Origin: Chitinophagaceae bacterium
GTDB lineage: Bacteria; Bacteroidota; Bacteroidia; Chitinophagales; Chitinophagaceae
NCBI GenBank assembly: GCA_016720745.1
Contig: JADKKA010000006.1
Coordinates: 57,604 to 89,603 of the forward strand
Direction of reading: 5' to 3'
Length of the DNA: 32,000 nt
Below are positions 26,280 to 32,000 of this stretch, piece by piece. The notes below the pieces were generated by a model. It did not search any database and was not told the DNA's origin. It was given only the letters and a program-made list of their open reading frames with translations. A program made the position numbers and the translations under genes. The first letter of the stretch is position 1. Each line of letters opens with the position of its first letter.

Positions 26280-26543
26280 TTATTTCTTTTTGGTTTTGAA
26301 TTGCATCAGCCATTTCAGGATATCATCAACCACGGTTGTGTTAAGGGAATAATAAATAAACTGTCCCTCTTTCACCGACTGCACCAGGTTGGCCTGTTTC
26401 AGCAGGTCCAGGTGATGGGAAATACTGGGCCCGGATATATTGAATTGCTCCACAATCTCACCGGCGGTCATATCCCGCTGTCGCAGTAATTGCAGAATCT
26501 CCCGGCGGGTCGGGTCGTTCAGGGCCTTGAAAACACTGTTCAT
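26280..26543 (-). CDS. ArsR/SdpR-family winged-helix autorepressor
   Basis: MNSVFKALNDPTRREILQLLRQRDMTAGEIVEQFNISGPSISHHLDLLKQANLV. The track start at 26624 is TTG and the ATG is at 26541..26543. Confidence 0.88.
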   Translation of the reverse strand: MNSVFKALNDPTRREILQLLRQRDMTAGEIVEQFNISGPSISHHLDLLKQANLVQSVKEGQFIYYSLNTTVVDDILKWLMQFKTKKK

Positions 26544-26559
26544 GGTTTTCTTAATTATA

Positions 26560-26581
26560 TATTTAGACAAATATCTAAATA
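26560..26581. promoter_or_regulatory. Perfect 8-6-8 palindrome, candidate SdpR operator overlapping the sdpR promoter
   Basis: tatttaga caaata tctaaata sits 16 nt upstream of the sdpR ATG. On the minus strand it contains GATATTTG, one mismatch from the -7 box. Confidence 0.35.
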
Positions 26582-26762
26582 AAAAATCAATCCGGCAAGC
26601 ATGGAATCCTTTTTTTGATACCAACGGCAGTGAAACACGTGTTGTATGCTGTTAAAAGGCTGATGAATGGCTGTACTGTTAAATGCTGTTAACAATGCAA
26701 CCCGTTGATCTCATCAAAATTCCACTTGACATAATTGGCTTGTAGCCGGGTGTAACCCAATC

Positions 26763-26770
26763 TACCTTTG
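26763..26770 (+). promoter_or_regulatory. Bacteroidota-type -7 promoter box TAccTTTG, with TTG at 26740..26742
   Basis: Exact TAnnTTTG match. A TTG lies 20 nt upstream, and ATG 26814 lies 43 nt downstream. Confidence 0.3.
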
Positions 26771-26813
26771 ACACGTCAGACATTGAAAGAAATTGAACAG
26801 AAAATTAAATTGT

Positions 26814-27260
26814 ATGAAAAAGATCATGTTATTACTGGGTGTATTGGTAGTGAGTTTAGGTGCCGTTAATGCCAATCCCGGTTCAGAAGAAGTAGACGCC
26901 CGTGTACTCGGTGCTTTTAAAAAAGAATTTGCAACGGCAAAAGACATTACCTGGACCCTGGCCGTCAATTATTACCAGGCATCCTTTGTTTATAACGAGC
27001 AGCATATTACTGCGTATTACAATACAGAAGGAGAGCTGCTGGGTGTAGCCCGTTTTATCAGCCCGGTGGATTTGCCATTGGCCCTGCAGGCGGATCTCAA
27101 AAAGAATTACCAACCCTACTGGATCAGTAATCTCTTTGAGGCAGCTACCAGTGAAGGAACTACCTATTATATCACAATCGAAGATGCCGATCAGTCGATT
27201 GTATTGAAATCAGATAATGCCAGGGACTGGGATCAATACAAAAAAGTAAAAAAATCCTGA
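26814..27260 (+). CDS. Small secreted protein, probably PepSY-like (BLIP-like) fold
   Basis: MKKIMLLLGVLVVSLGAVNA signal peptide. The core has FKKEFATAKDITW...ASFVY......AYYNTEGELLG. The track start at 26793 is TTG. The family call is from memory. Confidence 0.65.
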   Translation: MKKIMLLLGVLVVSLGAVNANPGSEEVDARVLGAFKKEFATAKDITWTLAVNYYQASFVYNEQHITAYYNTEGELLGVARFISPVDLPLALQADLKKNYQPYWISNLFEAATSEGTTYYITIEDADQSIVLKSDNARDWDQYKKVKKS

Positions 27261-27319
27261 CGGGAACTCAACAGTCAGTTCTTTATAGCGAAGAAAGTTT
27301 TGGTGTGTGGTAAAAACAG

Positions 27320-27352
27320 CCCCGCTCCCTTTTGTAAGGGACGGGGTTTTTT
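27320..27352 (+). terminator. Rho-independent terminator
   Basis: ccccgctccct (27320..27330) pairs with agggacgggg (27337..27346) with one bulge, followed by tttttt. Confidence 0.65.
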
Positions 27353-27460
27353 ATCCCTCCTTCTTTTTGTAAAACTGTTGTGTAATGTTATTGCAGGTTA
27401 ATATCATTAACAAAGCCCTCCGGCAATCACAAATCACTTGACTTCACTTTGAAGAGAACC

Positions 27461-27468
27461 TATTTTTG
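27461..27468 (+). promoter_or_regulatory. Bacteroidota-type -7 promoter box TAttTTTG, with TTG at 27438..27440
   Basis: Exact TAnnTTTG match. A TTG lies 20 nt upstream, and ATG 27510 lies 41 nt downstream. Confidence 0.35.
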
Positions 27469-27509
27469 AATCAGCAAATCAAATAGCATTAATCATTAAA
27501 CCTTAAGCC

Positions 27510-27953
27510 ATGAAAAAAACAGTATTCGCCTTCTCACTTTTTGTGACGATGGCCGCAACATCAGCCAACGCTTCTATTTATCCGGATCCCTCCGGCGAAC
27601 AGGCAAAAGCCAATTTCAAAAAAGAATTTCCCGGTGCCGAGCTGATCAGCTGGGTCAACACAGGGGAAATGCTCAAAGCAGTTTTCATTTATGATGGCTA
27701 CCGTTCGGAAGCTTATTTCAATGAAGACGGGGAATTACAGGGAAGCGCCCGTAATATTTTTTACAGCCAGCTTCCATTGGCTGTTACCCGCTCGGTTGAT
27801 AAGCGCTTTGTAAAGCCTGATGTACTCGAAGTATGTGAAGTAACCATGGGCAGCACGACCAGTTATATTTTACGTCTTGTTGATGCAGGACGGCAGTATA
27901 AATTACAGCTGGATGCCGGTGGGAGCCTGATCAAAAAGGAAAAAATAAAATAA
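27510..27953 (+). CDS. Small secreted protein, paralogue of 26814..27260
   Basis: MKKTVFAFSLFVTMAATSANA signal peptide. It shares the FKKEFPGAELISW...AVFIY......AYFNEDGELQG pattern with the upstream paralogue. Confidence 0.65.
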   Translation: MKKTVFAFSLFVTMAATSANASIYPDPSGEQAKANFKKEFPGAELISWVNTGEMLKAVFIYDGYRSEAYFNEDGELQGSARNIFYSQLPLAVTRSVDKRFVKPDVLEVCEVTMGSTTSYILRLVDAGRQYKLQLDAGGSLIKKEKIK

Positions 27954-27975
27954 GGATAATCAGAAACCTGAGAAT

Positions 27976-28001
27976 GCCCTGCTAATAGCAGGGCTTTTTT
28001 T
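27976..28001 (+). terminator. Rho-independent terminator
   Basis: gccctgct (27976..27983) pairs with agcagggc (27987..27994) around the loop aat, followed by ttttttt. Confidence 0.65.
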
Positions 28002-28130
28002 ATTTCACAAACCTGTATTTTTGCGGCTCTTTCCCGGGTTACAGCTCAGCCTGTTTTATTCCGGTAAAGTATTCGCAAAGTCTCCCGTTTATTCGGGATC
28101 AGAAGGCGGTCACCTTTTAAAAAGTTTAAA

Positions 28131-29105
28131 ATGAACAAAGGACCCGTTTCACAATTCATCCAGCATCACTACCGTCACTTTAATGCCGCTGCCCTGATGG
28201 ATGCAGCCAAAGGCTATGAAACACATTTGAATGAAGGAGGAAAAATGATGATTACCCTGGCCGGCGCCATGAGTACCGGCGAACTGGGCATCTCACTGGC
28301 CGAAATGATCCGCCAGGGAAAAGTGGATATCATCAGTTGTACCGGTGCCAACCTGGAAGAAGATGTGATGAACCTGGTTGCTCACTCCCATTACAAACGC
28401 ATTCCCAATTACCGCGATCTGACTCCGCAGGAAGAATGGGATCTGCTGGAGAATCATTATAACCGGGTAACGGATACCTGTATCCCCGAAGAAGAGGCTT
28501 TTCGCAGATTGCAAAAACACCTGGTGAAGCAATGGAAGGATGCAGAAGCAAAAGGAGAACGTTTTTTCCCGCATGAGTTCCTGTATAAAGTAGTATTGAG
28601 TGGTGAACTGCAGCAGTATTATGAAATTGATCCGAAAGACAGCTGGATCGTAGCCGCAGCAGAGAAAAATATTCCAATTGTAGTACCAGGCTGGGAGGAC
28701 AGTACCACCGGCAATATTTTCGCCAGCTATGTGGTGAAAGGAGAATTACAGGCCAGTACGGTGAAAAGCGGAATTGAATACATGGTTTGGCTGACAGAAT
28801 GGTACCGGAATAACTCTGCCGGTAAGGGAGTTGGTTTTTTCCAGATCGGAGGCGGTATCGCCGGTGATTTCCCGATTTGTGTAGTGCCGATGATGTACCA
28901 GGATCTGGAATGGCATGATGTGCCTTTCTGGAGTTATTTCTGTCAGATCAGTGATTCCACGACCTCTTATGGTTCTTATTCTGGTGCAGTGCCGAATGAA
29001 AAAATCACCTGGGGCAAACTGGATATCAATACACCCAAGTTTATTGTAGAGAGTGATGCCACCATTGTAGCCCCGCTGATCTTTGCATGGGTGCTGGGCT
29101 GGTAA
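28131..29105 (+). CDS. Deoxyhypusine synthase family protein (bacterial DHS / homospermidine-synthase-like)
   Basis: FNAAALMDAAKGY, TLAGAMSTGELG, ISCTGANLEED, NRVTDTCIPE and VVPGWEDSTTGN fit the DHS Rossmann-type pattern as I recall it. Confidence 0.85.
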   Translation: MNKGPVSQFIQHHYRHFNAAALMDAAKGYETHLNEGGKMMITLAGAMSTGELGISLAEMIRQGKVDIISCTGANLEEDVMNLVAHSHYKRIPNYRDLTPQEEWDLLENHYNRVTDTCIPEEEAFRRLQKHLVKQWKDAEAKGERFFPHEFLYKVVLSGELQQYYEIDPKDSWIVAAAEKNIPIVVPGWEDSTTGNIFASYVVKGELQASTVKSGIEYMVWLTEWYRNNSAGKGVGFFQIGGGIAGDFPICVVPMMYQDLEWHDVPFWSYFCQISDSTTSYGSYSGAVPNEKITWGKLDINTPKFIVESDATIVAPLIFAWVLGW

Positions 29106-29163
29106 TAGATATGAAAATGTTCAACTTTATGACGGTTATGCTTCCTTAATAGCAGACCAGCAT

Positions 29164-29214
29164 GCAAACAAAACTGTCACATTGAGCTTGTCGAAATGTG
29201 GCAGTTTTGTTTGC
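29164..29214. terminator. Long hairpin (20-nt arms, 19/20 paired) between convergent genes, possibly a bidirectional terminator
   Basis: gcaaacaaaactgtcacatt (29164..29183) pairs with aatgtggcagttttgtttgc (29195..29214) around an 11-nt loop. There is no clear T-tract on either side. Confidence 0.5.
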
Positions 29215-29243
29215 TTAAGTTTCTGATTTTTTTCCTGCTATTG

Positions 29244-29696
29244 TTACAATGTCTTTTTCGTATCCTCCCAGGCCTTGGCAGGTTTGATGGCCTGTACCAG
29301 CGTAACAATAATGATCACTTTTACAATGACGCCTTTGTAGGCATTCTCCAATCCGTTCAGCGCAATTGCGGCAACCCAGTAGAGTACAAAAACAATAAGC
29401 CCAACGACAATAGCGGTATAAGGTTTTGTTTTTGTCCAAAAAGCCAGTGCCACAAAAATGCCGACCTCAATGGCAACAATTCCTATCATCAGAGGGGTCC
29501 ATTCTAATCCGGCCATGGAAATGGTAAGCACTTCACCAAGCAGCACAAGAAAAGCGGTTACAAACAAAGCCGTTCTCGCTTTTTTGATACCTGATTCATA
29601 TCCCTGCATTTCCATTTTCTTCACACCATCGACATACTCTGAAATCACATTTTCCTTTGGCGTTTCCGGTGTTGTGGGGTGTTGGTTGTCTGACAT
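29244..29696 (-). CDS. Small integral membrane protein of unknown function (about 4 TM helices)
   Basis: A hydrophilic N-terminus MSDNQHPTTPETPKEN is followed by the hydrophobic spans ALFVTAFLVLLGEVL, LMIGIVAIEVGIFVALAFW, AIVVGLIVFVLYWVAAIAL and VIVKVIIIVTLV. Confidence 0.65.
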   Translation of the reverse strand: MSDNQHPTTPETPKENVISEYVDGVKKMEMQGYESGIKKARTALFVTAFLVLLGEVLTISMAGLEWTPLMIGIVAIEVGIFVALAFWTKTKPYTAIVVGLIVFVLYWVAAIALNGLENAYKGVIVKVIIIVTLVQAIKPAKAWEDTKKTL

Positions 29697-29740
29697 ATTT
29701 TTTTATTTCTAAGATATTGAAAATTCCCGACCCGGGCTTT

Positions 29741-29850
29741 TCAGTCTGTCAGGCGACAGTCGACAGTCGACAGTCAACAGCCGTCAGTCAACAGCCGTCG
29801 GTCAACAGCCGTCGGTCAGCAGTCTTCAGTCAGTAGTCGACAGTCGGCGG
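29741..29850. repeat. Tandem heptanucleotide array of about 15 units with consensus GACAGTC (GAC-N-GTC palindromes). The middle has a 14-nt superunit aacagccgtc(a/g)gtc repeated 3 times
   Basis: Read directly: tcagtct gtcaggc gacagtc gacagtc gacagtc aacagcc gtcagtc aacagcc gtcggtc aacagcc gtcggtc agcagtc ttcagtc agtagtc gacagtc. The array is non-coding because 7 is not a multiple of 3 and no ORF covers it. Confidence 0.85.
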
Positions 29851-29859
29851 TAGGGGAAT

Positions 29860-29885
29860 ATAATAAACCCCGCCAAATGGCGGGG
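29860..29885 (-). terminator. Rho-independent terminator of the repeat-protein gene
   Basis: ccccgcc (29868..29874) pairs with ggcgggg (29879..29885) around the loop aaat. On the minus strand it is followed by tttattatatt. Confidence 0.6.
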
Positions 29886-29928
29886 TCGATTTATATAAAA
29901 GGGATGGATTAAAAACAGGACTAATACA

Positions 29929-30285
29929 TCAGAACCGGCGATCCCGGCGGTTCTCTCTTCTGTCACGTACATCTTCTCTGCGGTCACGCACATCTTCCCG
30001 GCGATCTCTCACATCCTCTCTTCTGTCACGCACATCCTCCATTCTGTCGCGTACACCACCCTGGTGCATGGCATCCCGGCGGTCTTCCCTTCTGTCGCGT
30101 ACGTCTTCTCTGCGATCACGCACATCTTCTCTGCGGTCGCGTACATTTTCCCTTCTGTCTCTTACATCTTCCACCCGGTCACGTACCCCATGACGACCCT
30201 GGGCACTGGCATGTTGGGTGGCAGAGAAAGCAACAAAAAGCATAATGGTCAGTACAAGTGATTTTACGATTTGATTCCTTTTCAT
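29929..30285 (-). CDS. Small secreted protein built of (DVRDRRE)n charged heptad repeats
   Basis: Signal peptide MKRNQIVKSLVLTIMLFVAFSATQHASA. Two blocks then follow: GVRDR(V/M)E-(DVRDRRE)x4-(D/N)RRD. The ORF is closed by a terminator and the repeat units are codon-diverged. Confidence 0.75.
   Translation of the reverse strand: MKRNQIVKSLVLTIMLFVAFSATQHASAQGRHGVRDRVEDVRDRRENVRDRREDVRDRREDVRDRREDRRDAMHQGGVRDRMEDVRDRREDVRDRREDVRDRREDVRDRRENRRDRRF
29932..30186 (-). repeat. Intragenic 21-nt (7-aa) repeats, about 10 full units plus degenerate edge units, arranged as a two-fold duplication of a ~42-aa block
   Basis: Example units on the minus strand are GAA GAT GTA CGT GAC AGA AGA, GAA GAT GTG CGT GAC CGC AGA and GAG GAT GTG AGA GAT CGC CGG. 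All three encode EDVRDRR. Confidence 0.85.
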
Positions 30286-30381
30286 GATTATCTATTTAAT
30301 GTTTTCAATCAGGTACAGGAGAATAGACCGGGGCCTGTTTGAAAAGTTTAATCCACCATGACCAGCTTTTCAATTGAAGAT

Positions 30382-30412
30382 GAAAAAGCCCCGGGTCCTT
30401 TCGGCCGGGGCT
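30382..30412 (-). terminator. Rho-independent terminator of the M28 peptidase gene
   Basis: agccccgg (30387..30394) pairs with ccggggct (30405..30412). On the minus strand it is followed by ttttcatctt. Confidence 0.55.
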
Positions 30413-30442
30413 GCTGATTTTCAATATGTTTTTGATCGGCTC

Positions 30443-31993
30443 TTAAAACCCTTTTGGTTTTTCCAGAATGATATCTCTTTTCAGCATTTCATTGCGATTG
30501 GCCATTTCCCAGGCGGTGTAAAATACCAGCTGGGCTCTTTTCGCCATCATGGGATAATTGATTTTATCGGGTGTGTCTGTTGGCCGGTGATAATCGGCAT
30601 GGGTGCCATTGAAATAGAAAATGATCGGCACGCCCTTTTGTGCAAAATTGTAATGATCGCTGCGGAAATAAAATCGGTTGGGATCGCTGGGATCATTGTA
30701 TTTCCGGTCCAGTTTCATTTTGACATACATATTATTCATCTGGTCAGTAATCGGGGTCAGATCAGAACTCAGTTTATCGTCACCAATGATATAAACATAG
30801 TTGGTAGAATCTTTATCTTTCAGGTATTCAGTACCAATCCTGCCGATCATATCAATGTTCAGATCCACCGTGGTTTTGTCGAGCGGGTAAACAGGATGTT
30901 CTGAGTAATAACGGCTTCCCCATAATCCTTTTTCTTCTCCGCTAACGGTCATGAATAAAATACTACGGCGGGGGCCTTTGCCGGCTGCTTTAGCTTTTAC
31001 AAATGCTTCTGCCAGTTCCAGGACACCTGTCGTACCGCTGCCATCATCGTCGGCGCCATAATAAATGGTGGTATCATTTCTTTTTCCCACGTGATCATAG
31101 TGGGCCGTCAGTACCACAAATTCATCTTTTTTATCTGTTCCTTCCAGTACAGCCAGTACATTGGATACCTGGGTGGTGGTGCTGGTCTTGGCATAGTTCA
31201 TGGTAATTTCTGCCGGATAGATTTTATTGCTCAGGGATCCTGCTTTCATCTTGTTGAAAATATCCTTTCCGTCTTCTCCCATGATTTTTGCCACTGCATC
31301 TGTTCCGATATTGAATGTAAATGGAGGCTGGCTGGGCCGGTATCCACCATTCATGCTCCAGTTGCTGTTGGTAGTTCCGGGTCTGCGGGGAAATCCGCTA
31401 TTGACAATCATCACTGCAGCAGCACCTTTATTCATGGCGGCTTCGAGTTTGCCAAATACTGAGGCCGGGGAGTTTCTTCCCTGTACAGTTGGTTTGTAGT
31501 CTGCAGGTAAAGCATCGAGGATGATGACGAGTTTACCCGCCACTTTCAGGTCCTTGTAATCATTTCTTACTTCTCCGTCCACAATACCATAGCCTGCAAA
31601 AACAGCTTCTGAAAAACGCATTTCAGCAGCATAACTGTTGGCCTGAGGTTGAAAATCTTTATTGAGTTCCAGTGAAGCACCATTAACGCTGAGAGATGCA
31701 CCAATCAGGGAGTCTTTGTATAAAGTATAGTACTGCCGGTAGCTGCCATTATTGCCCGGGGTTAAACCCAATGCTTTAAAATGCGCTTCAATATAACTGG
31801 CCGCTTTTTCCAGTCCGGGAGAAGGAGTATCCCTGCCTTCCATTTCCTTACTGGCGATGGTGTACAGGTGTTTTTTCATGTCTTCCGCTGTAATGCTGGA
31901 TGCGGCCTGCATAGCAGCTTTGTCTTTTTTCTGGGCATTGACCATCGCCGGTAAACAGATCAGGGCGAGGGCAATCGTTTTTTTCAATGTCAT
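30443..31993 (-). CDS. M28-family metallopeptidase with an inserted PA (protease-associated) domain, secreted
   Basis: Signal peptide MTLKKTIALALICLPAMVNAQ. The core has VLTAHYDHVG, GADDDGSGT, FMTVSGEEKGLWGS and HADYHRPTD, which are the Zn ligands of M28. Confidence 0.88.
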   Translation of the reverse strand: MTLKKTIALALICLPAMVNAQKKDKAAMQAASSITAEDMKKHLYTIASKEMEGRDTPSPGLEKAASYIEAHFKALGLTPGNNGSYRQYYTLYKDSLIGASLSVNGASLELNKDFQPQANSYAAEMRFSEAVFAGYGIVDGEVRNDYKDLKVAGKLVIILDALPADYKPTVQGRNSPASVFGKLEAAMNKGAAAVMIVNSGFPRRPGTTNSNWSMNGGYRPSQPPFTFNIGTDAVAKIMGEDGKDIFNKMKAGSLSNKIYPAEITMNYAKTSTTTQVSNVLAVLEGTDKKDEFVVLTAHYDHVGKRNDTTIYYGADDDGSGTTGVLELAEAFVKAKAAGKGPRRSILFMTVSGEEKGLWGSRYYSEHPVYPLDKTTVDLNIDMIGRIGTEYLKDKDSTNYVYIIGDDKLSSDLTPITDQMNNMYVKMKLDRKYNDPSDPNRFYFRSDHYNFAQKGVPIIFYFNGTHADYHRPTDTPDKINYPMMAKRAQLVFYTAWEMANRNEMLKRDIILEKPKGF

Positions 31994-32000
31994 ATTTGTT

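Noticed and set aside
25605-26543. SdpR/SdpI as part of a toxin-immunity (cannibalism) island
   Set aside because: No SdpC-like toxin or SdpAB-like maturation genes are present anywhere in the window. The pair is more likely a generic membrane-stress module.
26723-26730. Shared 8-mer cacttgac upstream of both small secreted-protein genes (also at 27435..27442)
   Set aside because: An 8-mer shared between two ~250-nt regions is expected by chance. Its distance to the -7 box differs (34 versus 20 nt), so it is not a common promoter element.
29111-29149. 12-codon Met-rich mini-ORF (MKMFNFMTVMLP) just after the DHS stop
   Set aside because: It lies downstream of the gene, so it is not a leader. 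It has no promoter or conservation evidence, and an ORF of this size is expected by chance.
29196-29507. 103-aa ORF antisense to the small membrane-protein gene
   Set aside because: It starts inside the 29164..29214 hairpin and is Cys- and Asn-rich with no motif. The minus-strand ORF has coherent TM helices and an ATG start.
29741-29850. Possible CRISPR array
   Set aside because: The repeat unit is only 7 nt, there are no unique spacers, and there are no cas genes. It is a microsatellite-like tandem repeat.
30374-30904. 176-aa ORF antisense to the M28 peptidase
   Set aside because: It lies opposite a gene with intact M28 metal-ligand motifs. It begins inside the terminator hairpin, and its composition is typical of an antisense shadow ORF.
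1-32000. Mobile genetic island, prophage, defence system, or tRNA/rRNA genes
   Set aside because: I recognised no integrase, transposase, phage structural gene, restriction/Cas/abortive-infection gene or tRNA-like sequence. The only mobile-looking element is the inverted-repeat-bounded GxxExxY cassette.

Overview
This is a dense chromosomal segment that looks Bacteroidota-like, possibly Chitinophagaceae or Sphingobacteriia. That guess rests on gene content, exact TAnnTTTG-type -7 promoter boxes before several genes, the lack of obvious Shine-Dalgarno sites, and many lipoprotein or secreted paralogue families. The taxon is a guess. I support about 30 protein-coding genes. I found no rRNA, tRNA, CRISPR array, transposase or integrase. 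All product calls come from motifs read in the supplied translations, not from database searches. Several ORF-track N-termini begin at TTG and were trimmed to the first ATG. Gene order: (1) 325-8329 (+) is a tightly packed six-gene unit with two LytS-type sensor kinases, a LytTR response regulator, two membrane fatty-acid desaturases and a secreted protein of unknown function. This is my best candidate for an undescribed system, namely signal-controlled lipid unsaturation. (2) 8331-11814 (-) holds an OmpA-like lipoprotein, a flavin reductase, a GxxExxY ORF bracketed by 43-nt inverted repeats, and an FAH-family hydrolase. (3) 11882-14433 (+) is a GH9 plus polysaccharide-deacetylase fusion gene broken by a frameshift that sits exactly on an A_AAA_AAG heptamer followed by TAA. 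(4) Next come a fatty-acid hydroxylase, a class-3 lipase, a TIGR02757-like pair, a DUF2807 lipoprotein, a membrane LytTR protein, a trans-sulfuration PLP enzyme, asnB, two DUF2911 genes, acpH, an alpha/beta hydrolase and sdpI/sdpR. (5) After those come two paralogous small secreted proteins, a deoxyhypusine-synthase homologue and a small membrane protein. (6) The window ends with a ~110-bp array of palindromic heptanucleotides, a secreted protein made almost entirely of (DVRDRRE)n heptads, and an M28 peptidase.
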